Source of the DNA: Treponemataceae bacterium
Lineage (GTDB): Bacteria; Spirochaetota; Spirochaetia; Treponematales; Rectinemataceae
Assembly (NCBI GenBank): GCA_963677895.2
Contig: CAXXGJ010000018.1
Location: 416,001-480,000 of the forward strand
Reading direction: 5' to 3'
Length of the DNA: 64,000 nucleotides
Below, one piece after another: positions 1-9,970 of this stretch (positions are counted from its first letter, which is position 1; every line of letters begins with the position of its first letter). Made by a program: the position numbers and the translations under genes. The notes beneath the pieces were generated by a model. It searched no databases and had not been told where the DNA came from. It saw only the letters and a list, made by a program, of their open reading frames with translations.

Positions 1-568
1 CTTTTGTAGAACCTATGCCATCGAAATATACATAGTCAACCCCCATGTCTGCCGCCATATTGGCGCGTTTTATAGCACCGGGAATACCTTCCGTTTTCGC
101 TAGCATGGTTCGAAGAACCAGCACAAAATCATCCGATACGTTTTTACGGATCGCTTGTATCTTCGGTGCAAGAAGGGACCATGGAATTGGCTGTTTCTCA
201 CGTGCAGGTATTTCTTGCGGGAGAATGTCATCATCTAGCTGCATACCGCTTACACCAAGCCGCTCCAGTGTCGATGCGGCATTAGCTGCGTGAGCTGCAT
301 TACCGAAGGCATTGTCGGCATCGGTAATTACCGGAATATCTATACATGCGAGTATGTGGCCTAGTGTCGAAGTCAAGTCACTTAAGCTTAAGTAGCCGAG
401 GTCCGGCTTGCCCAAAGTTGCTAATGAAACTGCTCCGCCTGACAAGTAGACTGCTTGGAATCCTGTATCCTGCGCTATTTTTGCACCTAGGCAATCATAA
501 ATCCCGGGTAATATAAAAAAGCGTTGCTCTTCCATGAGGCGCTTAAGATTGTTTTTGCGAATTGGCAT
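1..568 (-). CDS. Isocitrate lyase/PEP mutase superfamily protein (runs off window start); possibly oxaloacetate decarboxylase-like
   Basis: Not in ORF track. Hand translation from ATG 568: MPIRKNNLKRLMEEQRFFILPGIYDCLGAKIAQDTGFQAVYLSGGAVS...LGKPDLG...IPVITDADNAFGN...GMQLDDDILP. PGxYD, GFxAxYxSG, PDxG and DAD motifs fit the family. Confidence 0.85.
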   Translation of the reverse strand, partial: MPIRKNNLKRLMEEQRFFILPGIYDCLGAKIAQDTGFQAVYLSGGAVSLATLGKPDLGYLSLSDLTSTLGHILACIDIPVITDADNAFGNAAHAANAASTLERLGVSGMQLDDDILPQEIPAREKQPIPWSLLAPKIQAIRKNVSDDFVLVLRTMLAKTEGIPGAIKRANMAADMGVDYVYFDGIGSTK

Positions 569-583
569 AATGTAAATTTCTCC

Positions 584-1420
584 CTATATATTCTTCGCTA
601 GCGCACGCTCAAGGGAATAGATATCGGTACGCCGATTTTTCAGACTTCCTATCTCATTTTGGATTTTAGAAACATAGTCCAGATCTATGTTAGCTAGGAA
701 TAGACATTCGCAATCACGAGCTTTTTCAATAATTTTCCCCCATGGGTCGATCACCATGCTGTGGCCATAGGCGGTAAATCGGGGTTTTTCGCCCACCTGT
801 GCTGAAGCAATTATATAACAACCGTTTTCGATTGCACGTGCACGTAGCAGCGGTTCCCAATGAGCTTCCCCGGTTTGTCTAGTAAAGTTTGCTGGCGTGA
901 AAATCACCTGTGCGCCCTCTAAAGCCATCAACCGAAATAACTCTGGGAAGCGTATATCGTAGCATAAGGAAAATCCTAGCCTCCCAAGTTCTGTATCTAT
1001 TACAACAATCTCATTGCCTGAACTATTCATGGCTGATTCGGTGATTACAGGTCCGCCTTCTACGTTCACGTCGAACAAGTGTAGCTTTCGGTATCTAGCT
1101 TTTATCATTCCATTTGGATCGAGCATAATCGATGTATTGTATGGATTGCCATCGCCATTTCGTTCTCGGATACTTCCACAGTGTATCCAAACTTTGCATC
1201 GCGCGGCGATATCTCTCATTCTATCAATCGTATATCCTGGGATTGGTTCTGGTTTATTGATTTCTGGATCAAGTGAGGTGACATTCATTACTTCAGGTAG
1301 TGAGATTAGCTTTACACCCTGTTGTACAGCTTGTTCGATCATATTTTCGATTCGTTTTAAGTTGTCGTTTTTATCTGCACGTGTGTCCATTTGAATTACG
1401 CCGATTTGGTATTTGTTCAT
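584..1420 (-). CDS. Carbon-nitrogen hydrolase (Nit1/Nit2-like amidase)
   Basis: Glu-Lys-Cys triad contexts LPE, YRKLHLFD, LCYDIRFPE; RARAIEN; GHSMVIDPWG; AGGAGG SD. Confidence 0.93.
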   Translation of the reverse strand: MNKYQIGVIQMDTRADKNDNLKRIENMIEQAVQQGVKLISLPEVMNVTSLDPEINKPEPIPGYTIDRMRDIAARCKVWIHCGSIRERNGDGNPYNTSIMLDPNGMIKARYRKLHLFDVNVEGGPVITESAMNSSGNEIVVIDTELGRLGFSLCYDIRFPELFRLMALEGAQVIFTPANFTRQTGEAHWEPLLRARAIENGCYIIASAQVGEKPRFTAYGHSMVIDPWGKIIEKARDCECLFLANIDLDYVSKIQNEIGSLKNRRTDIYSLERALAKNI

Positions 1421-1481
1421 TTTTTCCTCCTATGTCTTAAAATATTTTTAACGGCTGGCCGGAAAAGATACATATTTTGTC

Positions 1482-2444
1482 TTAAAGCTCATTAATTTCC
1501 CTTACATAGTGACAAGCCACAAAATGCCGTGGCATCACTTCCTCGAACTTCGGCTCTTTTTGGCTACATTGATCTTGAGCGAATTCGCACCTGCCAGCAA
1601 AACGACAGCCTGGTCGAGGGTTGATGGGTGATGAAATCTCACCTTCTAGCAGTATCCGCTTCTTTTTTGGTCCTACTATTGGGATGGGAACTGCAGCCAG
1701 CAATGCTTTCGTGTAGGGGTGCAGTCTGTTTTTAAACATTTCTTCATCGCTTGCGAGTTCCACCATCTTTCCGAGATACATTACGAGGATGTTGTCTGAT
1801 ATATGTTTTACCACGGCGAGATTATGTGTAATAAATAGGAAGGTCAAATTGCGCTCTTCTTGTAGATCGCTCATAAGATTTAGAATTTGCGCTTGAATTG
1901 ATACATCAAGCGCAGATACTGGCTCGTCGCAGACTACGAATTTTGGATTTAGCGAAAGGGCACGTGCCACTCCAATTCGTTGCCTCCTACCGCCATCGAG
2001 TTCGTGGGGATAAGAGTTTGCGAGTCTTCTTGCGAGTCCGACTGTATCCATCAATGCAAAAACCTCTTTTTGCATCTCTTGGCGGTTTCTACATTTATTA
2101 TAGATAATTAGTGGCTCTGCGATAATTTCGCTAATCGATTGCCTGGGGTTCAGTGAAGAAAAGGGATCTTGAAAGATCATCTGCATATCCTGCCTGATGT
2201 CCTTGAGTTGCTTCCTATTAAGATCACTTATGTCGACCCCGTTGAATATGATTTTCCCTTCAGTGCGTTCCAATAAATGTACTAATACTCTTCCTAATGT
2301 GGATTTTCCACAGCCCGATTCACCGACGACTCCAAGTGTTTGCCCTTGTTCTATCGAAAAAGAGACTCCATCCACCGCTTGCAACATCCCTTTGGGAGTC
2401 TTGAAATACTTCTTTATTCCTTCTACTTCAATAATATTGCCCAC
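1482..2444 (-). CDS. Oligopeptide/dipeptide ABC transporter ATPase (OppF/DppF-like)
   Basis: Walker A GESGCGKS, IFQDP, variant signature ELDGGRRQ, DEPVSALD, C-terminal Cys-rich domain. Confidence 0.95.
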   Translation of the reverse strand: MGNIIEVEGIKKYFKTPKGMLQAVDGVSFSIEQGQTLGVVGESGCGKSTLGRVLVHLLERTEGKIIFNGVDISDLNRKQLKDIRQDMQMIFQDPFSSLNPRQSISEIIAEPLIIYNKCRNRQEMQKEVFALMDTVGLARRLANSYPHELDGGRRQRIGVARALSLNPKFVVCDEPVSALDVSIQAQILNLMSDLQEERNLTFLFITHNLAVVKHISDNILVMYLGKMVELASDEEMFKNRLHPYTKALLAAVPIPIVGPKKKRILLEGEISSPINPRPGCRFAGRCEFAQDQCSQKEPKFEEVMPRHFVACHYVREINEL

Positions 2445-2458
2445 GGAACAACCTCCCG

Positions 2459-3424
2459 TTATTTTTTGTAGTTAATGCATTTCACCCAGTGGTTTGGTTC
2501 GACTTCAAAAAGAGGAGGTCTTTCCACCTTGCAGCGTTCGATACAAACAGGGCATCTCGGAGAAAAATTGCATCCTCTAGGTAGATTGGTCGGATCTGGC
2601 ATTAGGCCATTGATCGGCGTAAGTCTACTGACGCTCTTAGTGAAATTGGGGATGGATTGGAAAAGACCAACAGTGTAGGGATGCATTGTGTGATTGTATA
2701 TTTGGTCTAGATTGCCATATTCTACGATTTCTCCAGCGTACATGATAGCCGCATTTTTACATACTTCCGCCACTACCCCTAGATCGTGAGTGATAAGAAT
2801 CAGTGAAGTATTAAATTCCCGCTGTAGCTTCTCAATAAGCTCAAGGACTTGTGCCTGAATTGTTACATCAAGTGCGGTAGTTGGCTCGTCGGCGATGAGA
2901 AGCGCTGGATCACATGCAAGTGCCATCGCAATAACTACTCTCTGCTTCATCCCACCGGAAAATTGATGCGGGTAATCTTCAAATCGTTCTGGAGAAATGC
3001 CTACCGTCTCTAGCATCTCCTGTGCAAGAATTGCAGCTTTCTTACGGCTACTTTGCTTGTGTAAACGGATTACTTCGATTATCTGATCTCCAATGGTCAT
3101 GACAGGGTTTAGTGATGTCATTGGATCTTGGAATATCATTGAAATTTTGTTTCCACGTATTTTTCGTAATGCCAATGCTGACATCGTATTTAAATTTTTC
3201 CCTTCGAATATTATTTCTCCACTAATGATCTTGCCAGGCGGTGAAGAGATCAAATGCATTATACTTAATGCAGTAGTCGTCTTCCCTGCCCCTGTCTCGC
3301 CAACCAAGCCCAGCGACTCCCCTTTTTGTAGAGATAAAGAAATATGGTTTACTGCTTCCACTACGCGATTTCCAGTAGTATAGTGGACTGTTAAATCTTT
3401 AATTTCTAATATTTTTTCGTTCAT
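2459..3424 (-). CDS. Oligopeptide/dipeptide ABC transporter ATPase (OppD/DppD-like)
   Basis: GETGAGKT, FSGGMKQR, ADEPTTALDVT, C-terminal Cys motif. Confidence 0.95.
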   Translation of the reverse strand: MNEKILEIKDLTVHYTTGNRVVEAVNHISLSLQKGESLGLVGETGAGKTTTALSIMHLISSPPGKIISGEIIFEGKNLNTMSALALRKIRGNKISMIFQDPMTSLNPVMTIGDQIIEVIRLHKQSSRKKAAILAQEMLETVGISPERFEDYPHQFSGGMKQRVVIAMALACDPALLIADEPTTALDVTIQAQVLELIEKLQREFNTSLILITHDLGVVAEVCKNAAIMYAGEIVEYGNLDQIYNHTMHPYTVGLFQSIPNFTKSVSRLTPINGLMPDPTNLPRGCNFSPRCPVCIERCKVERPPLFEVEPNHWVKCINYKK

Positions 3425-3439
3425 TTCGAGACTTTCTCC

Positions 3440-4345
3440 CTAGTTTTTCAGTCTTGGATCGAGGGCATCGCGTAACCCGTCGCCGAACAAATTAAACGCA
3501 AATACCGTTATCATAATTATCAGACCAGGGAATGTGACAACATGCCAATAATCTCGAAGGTACGCGCGACCGGCTGATAACATAGATCCCCATTCTGGAG
3601 TGGGGGGAGAGATACCGAGTCCTATGAAACTCAGCGTGGCTGCCGATAGAATGGCGGTAGCAATGCTCATAGTAGCCTGAACTATAATCGGTGCAAGACA
3701 GTTTGGTAAAATATGCTTAAGAATTAATCGGCTATCGCTTGCACCAATAGCACGTGCAGCTTCTATATACTCCTGCTCTTTTACAGATAATATCGATGCT
3801 CGAACGATGCGTGCATATCCAGGAATCGCTCCTATTCCTACAGCAATTATTAGGTTAACTATTCCTGGTCCTAGCGAAGCGGCGATGGAAATGGCTAGCA
3901 GAATATTAGGAATTGCCAGCATTATATCTATGAATCGCATAATGATATTATCTATAGTCTTCCCGTAAAAACCTGCAATACTACCTAATACAATGCCTAT
4001 AACACAGGAGAAACTCACAGAGATAAGGCCAATGATTAACGAGGTTCTTGCTCCATAGACAATCCTGCTGAAAATATCGCGTCCGTAATCATCCGTGCCA
4101 AATAAGAATTCTTTGTTAGGGAAAATGAACCGCCTTGAAAGATCTTGATCGTCATATCCAAAAGGTGCAATTCTTTCCGCAAAAATTGCACACAATACTA
4201 GGATTAGAATGATGCAGAAGCTTATGACTGCTGGCTTGTTTTTAAAAAACCGTATAAGAATCTCTCGAAAAAGGCCCTGCTTTTTTAGTGCTCTCGTTTC
4301 TTCTTGTGTTTCGGTAAATTCCAATGAAGTATTTTCATCATTCAT
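3440..4345 (-). CDS. Peptide ABC transporter permease (OppC/DppC-like)
   Basis: FGTDDYGRDIFSR, EAARAIGA loop, PEWG, GDGLRDALDP. Confidence 0.95.
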   Translation of the reverse strand: MNDENTSLEFTETQEETRALKKQGLFREILIRFFKNKPAVISFCIILILVLCAIFAERIAPFGYDDQDLSRRFIFPNKEFLFGTDDYGRDIFSRIVYGARTSLIIGLISVSFSCVIGIVLGSIAGFYGKTIDNIIMRFIDIMLAIPNILLAISIAASLGPGIVNLIIAVGIGAIPGYARIVRASILSVKEQEYIEAARAIGASDSRLILKHILPNCLAPIIVQATMSIATAILSAATLSFIGLGISPPTPEWGSMLSAGRAYLRDYWHVVTFPGLIIMITVFAFNLFGDGLRDALDPRLKN

Positions 4346-5321
4346 TTACTGTGTCCTCTATCCTTACAGGCTGAGTTTTTAGTTTTCGTTCTCTGGTATA
4401 CTGCGAACGAATCCTAGGATCAGCAAAAGCGTACAGAATATCGACCATTAAATTCACAATGGACATTATAAAAGCGATGAACAATACTCCGCCTTGAACC
4501 AGTGGAAAGTTCCTCAGTTTGATTGCGTCCACCATGAGCTTCCCAATGCCAGAAATTGAGAAAACTGATTCAGTTAGTACAGCGCCGCCAAGTAGACGCC
4601 CGAACTGAAGCCCGACTACAGTGATGATGGGAATTAATGCATTCGTCAAAGCGTGACGCCAAATGACCACAGATTCTCGTTGTCCTTTCGCACGCGCTGT
4701 TCGGATATAATCCTGACGAATTACCTCAAGCATACTGGAACGAGTCATTCTCATTACGGTGGCCGCAGAGTTCACGCCAAGTGAAATCACGGGTAGAATC
4801 CAGTATTTCGGAGATTTAAAGCCTGAAGGTGGAAGCCATCTCAAGTGAACTGAAAAGGTAAGTATCAACATAAGTCCAAGCCAAAAGTTTGGTACCGAAA
4901 CACCAAATAAAGAAATTCCTGTCGCAAACGAATCAAATATAGAATATTGACGTGTCGCTGATACGATCCCAGCGGTTACTCCTATGATTATCGATAATAA
5001 TACCCCCATACTCGCCAATTTTAAGGTAGTGGGAAAACGATCGAGCAACTCCTTGCTAACAGGACGCTTTGTTGTGTAGGAAGTCCCAAGGTCTCCACGT
5101 AAAATAACATTTGTCATGTAGTCTAGATACCTTATGTGGAATGGCTCGTCCAACTTCAACTGTTTGCGCAACATCTGCTTTTCTTGTACTGTTGCACTAT
5201 CCCCAAGAATCATATCGGCAGCATCGCCTGGCGTGAAATAAAGCATAGTGAATATGATGAGAGAAATCCCAAGGAGCACAGGTATCATCATCAAGATTCG
5301 GCGCATGATAAATCTGAGCAT
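4338..5321 (-). CDS. Peptide ABC transporter permease (OppB/DppB-like)
   Basis: Start re-assigned to ATG 5321 (GAAGGAGG SD); PGDAA, GDLGTS, TARAKG, DPRIR. Confidence 0.95.
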   Translation of the reverse strand: MLRFIMRRILMMIPVLLGISLIIFTMLYFTPGDAADMILGDSATVQEKQMLRKQLKLDEPFHIRYLDYMTNVILRGDLGTSYTTKRPVSKELLDRFPTTLKLASMGVLLSIIIGVTAGIVSATRQYSIFDSFATGISLFGVSVPNFWLGLMLILTFSVHLRWLPPSGFKSPKYWILPVISLGVNSAATVMRMTRSSMLEVIRQDYIRTARAKGQRESVVIWRHALTNALIPIITVVGLQFGRLLGGAVLTESVFSISGIGKLMVDAIKLRNFPLVQGGVLFIAFIMSIVNLMVDILYAFADPRIRSQYTRERKLKTQPVRIEDTVNE

Positions 5322-5372
5322 GCAACCTCCTTCGTAAATAACAGATAAAATTGGTAGGTTTTTATTTTCCAA

Positions 5373-5417
5373 AGTCCTTGACGGGCGCCGCAGCTCTTGC
5401 GGTGTCCGTCAAGGACT
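5373..5417. repeat. 21-bp imperfect inverted repeat between the SBP and permease genes
   Basis: AGTCCTTGACGGGCGCCGCAG-CTC-TTGCGGTGTCCGTCAAGGACT read directly. Confidence 0.85.
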
Positions 5418-5437
5418 AATCTTTTGGTTTTATCTCA

Positions 5438-6943
5438 CTATTTTGCGTATACTGTTACGTATGCCAGTTCCTCCCAGCTCAGGGGATGAAACGCAAAACC
5501 TTCAACCTTATCGCTTGTTGCCAAGATGTTGTTTTTGAATGCGATCGGGATACTCCACCGTGCCGACCATAGATAATCCTGCACCTCTTTGTAGGCTAAT
5601 TTTCTTTCTTTGTCATTATACAGTGTCTTAGCTTTGGCAAGCATCCCATCCAATTTTTTATTATTGGAATTGAGTCTGTCACCAAACGAAGAATCATAGA
5701 TAATCAGTGTATTTGCTGGATCGCTTGAGCTTCCATTGCGAATTCCTACCTGCAATTTATTACCTTGTGCTAGATAGGGAGCGAGCTCCGAAGTAAAAAT
5801 CTTTGTAGTAACGCCAATCTCTTTCCACATGTTCTGAACAGCTTCTGTGATTCGAGTTAATTCCTCTAGCGGCTGAACTACAAAATTCAGTTTTAATCCA
5901 TTAGCATAACCAGCATCAGCTATTAGTTTCTTTGCTGTTTTAACATCGTATGCGCTGGGGCTATAAACGGTGGCACCAAAAGTTTTGCTTGGCATTATAC
6001 CAACGGCGACAGTAGCTGTCTCGTCATATAGTGCATCGACAATAGATGATTTATTAATAGCCAGTGTTAGGGCATCCCGCACTCTCTGATCTGCAAGAAC
6101 TGGATCCTGCATGTTAAAAGTAATTGTATTGTACTGATATGAAGGCCCCATTAAAAGGGTAATACCTTCAGTTTTCCTTAGCCTAGGCGCGTCGCTTGCT
6201 AATACATTGTAGATAATGTCTACGCCACCAGTTTCAAGTTCTATAAGGCGGTTAGCTGATTCAGAAATAAACATATAAGAAATATTCTTTGTTTTTGCAG
6301 GTATACCCCAGTATTTTTCGTTCCTTACCAGGCTAATCTCAGTGCCAGTTATCCACTCCGCCATCTTGTATGGACCCGTGCCGATCGGGTTTCGGGCATA
6401 AGCAGCTGCACCCATCTTCTCGTAGGCTTTTTTGCTGATGATTGAACCTCTAGGTGTTGCTAGAGTCTCAAATACAGATGCAAATGCCTCTTTCAGCTTC
6501 ACATCGATGGTCAGCTCGTCCACTACTTTAGTCTTTACAGCATCAAACGATTTAAAAGTAGATGAACTACCCGGATCAGTGGTCGCTCTATTTATCGTGA
6601 ATTTCACGTCTTCTGCATTAAGTTTGTCTCCATTGTGGAAATACACATTATCTCTCAAGTGAAAACGTATGGTAGTGTCATCAATTATATCCCAGCTCGC
6701 TGCAAGGCTAGGAGTGATCACCCCATCAGCGTCCTCATGGACGAGAGTGTTGAAAATCTGAATCTCTACAATAAAACATGCTAGTTTGCCATTAGTCTGT
6801 GGATCAAGAGATGACGGCTCCTCCCAATGCCCTATTGTAATTGTATCCTTCAAAGGTCGATTTGAGTTTGAGCCTGTAGCGGCTCCAACCTGTAGTACCG
6901 CCGCGACTAGCAACATCGCGAGAAGCATCTTAGCTGCCTTCAT
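5438..6943 (-). CDS. ABC transporter substrate-binding protein, family 5 (peptide/nickel class)
   Basis: Signal peptide, SLDP, LRDNVYFHNG, PIGTGPY motifs. Confidence 0.93.
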   Translation of the reverse strand: MKAAKMLLAMLLVAAVLQVGAATGSNSNRPLKDTITIGHWEEPSSLDPQTNGKLACFIVEIQIFNTLVHEDADGVITPSLAASWDIIDDTTIRFHLRDNVYFHNGDKLNAEDVKFTINRATTDPGSSSTFKSFDAVKTKVVDELTIDVKLKEAFASVFETLATPRGSIISKKAYEKMGAAAYARNPIGTGPYKMAEWITGTEISLVRNEKYWGIPAKTKNISYMFISESANRLIELETGGVDIIYNVLASDAPRLRKTEGITLLMGPSYQYNTITFNMQDPVLADQRVRDALTLAINKSSIVDALYDETATVAVGIMPSKTFGATVYSPSAYDVKTAKKLIADAGYANGLKLNFVVQPLEELTRITEAVQNMWKEIGVTTKIFTSELAPYLAQGNKLQVGIRNGSSSDPANTLIIYDSSFGDRLNSNNKKLDGMLAKAKTLYNDKERKLAYKEVQDYLWSARWSIPIAFKNNILATSDKVEGFAFHPLSWEELAYVTVYAK

Positions 6944-7009
6944 GACTATCGCCTCCTAATAAATTGATACATCGGAGGGACAACAATATGTTGCTCCTCC
7001 GTCAAGACC

Positions 7010-7765
7010 TTAAATTGTCGCTTCCTCGAATTCCTTTATAAATTCAGCGATAAACGTTGCAACTGCTTCTAGCATATCCCGCCCCCATTCTATGGTGGCT
7101 TTCTTTGGATGATCGGCTCCATACCATCCTTGTGGGAAATAATGTGCCATGTCACGCGGAACAGGAACTTCAACACCCTTGAATCTTACGCTTCTGATTG
7201 AAATATGAGGTAGTGTTTCTTTCATCTCAACAGGAGCAAACTCTTCAAACAAGTCCATGTGAACAGCATTGGGATTGATTGCTAGCATTGCAGCAACTTC
7301 CTGCCCTGCTCCATGGCCACCCTTCCATGCAGGGTTCAACTCTCCAGCGATTTGCCACCACTGCATAATCGCTGAAATTGCACCTTTCAAGTTCAGCTCC
7401 ACGCCTATTCGCTGTAGTGCTGGTTCATTACCTCCATGACCATTAAGGAAGATAAATCTGCGTATTCCCATCCTGTACAGTTTTTCGGTGATCTTAGTCA
7501 TTAAGGCGTAGAATGCATCGTATCCAATCGTTATAGTACCCGGAAATGAATCGTGGTGATCGCTAATGCCATAGGGCATGCAAGGAGTTATTAGCACATT
7601 CACTTTTTTATCAATAAGATCTGCAAGCTTCTGTGGAACAAAGAAGTCGGTACCTAAAGCCAGATGGGTGCCATGATTTTCGGTAGCACCCATTGGTATT
7701 ATCGCCGTGTTGCAGTTTTTCATGAACTGTTCGACTTGTTTCCATGAACACATTTCCATTTTCAT
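7010..7765 (-). CDS. Creatininase-family amidohydrolase
   Basis: PMGATENHGTHL, GTD, GISDHH, NGHGGN and GHGAGQE metal-binding motifs. Confidence 0.92.
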   Translation of the reverse strand: MKMEMCSWKQVEQFMKNCNTAIIPMGATENHGTHLALGTDFFVPQKLADLIDKKVNVLITPCMPYGISDHHDSFPGTITIGYDAFYALMTKITEKLYRMGIRRFIFLNGHGGNEPALQRIGVELNLKGAISAIMQWWQIAGELNPAWKGGHGAGQEVAAMLAINPNAVHMDLFEEFAPVEMKETLPHISIRSVRFKGVEVPVPRDMAHYFPQGWYGADHPKKATIEWGRDMLEAVATFIAEFIKEFEEATI

Positions 7766-7780
7766 AGTTACCTCTCCTGT

Positions 7781-8920
7781 TTAAAGATTCTGATGATAAT
7801 ATGGTGCTAACCGTAGAACACCATTTGAAAGTAGTTCTCGCCCTTTAGCAAAGACAGTATGAACTTCTATAGATGAATCTAGTAATATTAAATCTGCACA
7901 GCTACCAGTGGCGAGAATTCCCTTTTGAGGATAGATCATTAATCCACGTGCTACATTTTCTGTAACGAGGGCAAGTGCGTCTTCGAGTGGCACTTTTTGC
8001 TTTAGAACCAATAACCGTATGGTCTGGAGGAGTGATGATATCTTACCCTTAAACATGCCGACCAACTCAGAACGATTGTTCCATACTGGAAGACTTCCAT
8101 TTGCGTCCGTACTCAATGTGACCAATTTAGGATCGACATTTTCGAGTGCTTGCTTGATCAATGCCGCAGTCGCCTCGAAGTCATGTCCTGTGGAAAAATC
8201 GATGTAGCCGCCCAACGCAGCAAATTCAAAAGCATCCTTTAACTGGTTGCCCACATGCGTCGGTTTAAACTGGCTTATCGGCATATCGGTGTTCGTAACT
8301 ATATCAAAGATATCCTTTAAGCCCCTTTTTTCTTTACCCAAATGTAGGTGGACGAAACCAGGCTTGTTGGATAACAGCCCGCCTATGCGTGCTTGCGAAG
8401 CGATGCGTAGAATTTCATCACGGCTTGGGTAAGAGGAGCGGTGATCCGAGATGGCTAATTTGACCCCAATCACCTCGCTGATATAAACGATATCATCCCG
8501 AACGCTTCCAGTGATTGTGGGAGAGGGATAGGCGTAAGAACCAGTTAGGCAGTAAGCCGTAATGCCTGCCGCATTTAGCGCCTTGGCATACGCGACCAGA
8601 GAGTGTACATCCTTCGTTGTAGAATCAGTTCCTAATAACCCTACTACTGTAGTGACTCCAGCTTCGATGCAGTCGCCTATAGGAAGTGGATCTATGCGGC
8701 TGATGAATCCGCTCTCCCCGCCGCCACCAATGATGTGTACATGCTGGTCGATTAAACCGGGTATAGCAATAAGGCCATCCGCATCTACAATCTCAAGTAG
8801 AGGAGAATTACATTCAATAGAGGGTTCAATTGCTGCAATCTTATCGCCGCATATCAATATATCATTTTTACCCTTTCTTTGCGGAGCGTATACTTCTACA
8901 TTTCTTATTAGCTTAAGCAT
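7781..8920 (-). CDS. iadA: Isoaspartyl dipeptidase (beta-aspartyl peptidase)
   Basis: DQHVHIIGGGGE, GLLGTD, TGSY, GVKLAISDHRSS, HLH, PTH, STDANGSLP. Confidence 0.9.
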   Translation of the reverse strand: MLKLIRNVEVYAPQRKGKNDILICGDKIAAIEPSIECNSPLLEIVDADGLIAIPGLIDQHVHIIGGGGESGFISRIDPLPIGDCIEAGVTTVVGLLGTDSTTKDVHSLVAYAKALNAAGITAYCLTGSYAYPSPTITGSVRDDIVYISEVIGVKLAISDHRSSYPSRDEILRIASQARIGGLLSNKPGFVHLHLGKEKRGLKDIFDIVTNTDMPISQFKPTHVGNQLKDAFEFAALGGYIDFSTGHDFEATAALIKQALENVDPKLVTLSTDANGSLPVWNNRSELVGMFKGKISSLLQTIRLLVLKQKVPLEDALALVTENVARGLMIYPQKGILATGSCADLILLDSSIEVHTVFAKGRELLSNGVLRLAPYYHQNL

Positions 8921-9106
8921 TTAATTCCTTATCTCCATGTTGATTCATTTCATTTCAAGATGGAGTATTATGAGTCAGTAATGAAATATTCTAATGGCCA
9001 TAGTGTATGTGGTAACATGAGTTTTTTCAAAAGTAAAGCAATATTTGTAGTAAAAAGTATAATATTTATGATAAACTATGTTATATAGTATATTTTGGAG
9101 GTTAAC

Positions 9107-9970
9107 ATGGACATTCTTTCTGATATCAAGGCTAGTTACCCTACACTAAGCAATACACAGATGCGGATTGCTATATATATTACATCCAATCCTGAAACAG
9201 CTTGCTTTTTATCCTTGAAAGAGTTGGCCGAAACTTTACATATCACACAGGTTACAATTGTTAGCTTTGTAAAGAAGCTTGGGTATAAGAGCTTTGTCGA
9301 TTTTAAAAAAGAGCTACAGGCTCATATTCGTAAATGGCTTTCCCCAAACGATCGAGTGAAACAGGCAGTTTCAGGTATTTCAGATGAACATAATGTTATA
9401 GAGAAAGTAATTGCAAAAGAAACCGAATCTCTACAACAGACTTTTGCTGCTATAAGTCCTGCAGAAATACATAAAGCTGCCCTTCTACTCCGTAATGCAA
9501 AGAACATCTTTATAATCGGACATGGAATTTCCGAACCGATAGCCCTATTTACAGAACAGCGACTTCAGCAGCTTGGCATTATGGTTGAACTCTTAGATAT
9601 TTTAGATCTGGATCTTATGGCGTATTGGCTTGATAAAGCCGATAAAGATTCTGTATTCATTGTGATATCTTTTCCGGTGTATTACAAAGGAACGGTTGCG
9701 GTGACCAATTACCTGGTATCAAAAGGGATAAAACACATTGCCATTTCCGATCGCTTCTCCTCTCCTATTGCGGAGAATGCCGATGTTGCGCTCGTCTGTA
9801 ATAATGATGATGCCATTTTCTACAATTCAATTACCGCAGCGATTTCATTGGTTAACCTTATTTGCTCAGTATTAGCTTTAGAGATACGAGACTGTTTTGA
9901 TCAGTATCAGAAAGATATTTTGCATATCCTAAGCTGTATAAAATCAGAGCATGTAACAAATTTTGTGTAA
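9107..9970 (+). CDS. MurR/RpiR-family transcriptional regulator (HTH + SIS); last 7 residues and stop come from the IS256 left end
   Basis: N-terminal RpiR HTH (LSNTQMRIA...KKLGYKSF) and SIS domain; GGAGG SD at 9097-9101; divergent from the iadA operon. Confidence 0.92.
   Translation: MDILSDIKASYPTLSNTQMRIAIYITSNPETACFLSLKELAETLHITQVTIVSFVKKLGYKSFVDFKKELQAHIRKWLSPNDRVKQAVSGISDEHNVIEKVIAKETESLQQTFAAISPAEIHKAALLLRNAKNIFIIGHGISEPIALFTEQRLQQLGIMVELLDILDLDLMAYWLDKADKDSVFIVISFPVYYKGTVAVTNYLVSKGIKHIAISDRFSSPIAENADVALVCNNDDAIFYNSITAAISLVNLICSVLALEIRDCFDQYQKDILHILSCIKSEHVTNFV

Noticed and set aside
1970..2010. Non-canonical ABC signature LDGGR
   Set aside because: A variant I recognise from other OppF-type ATPases; no sign of inactivation.
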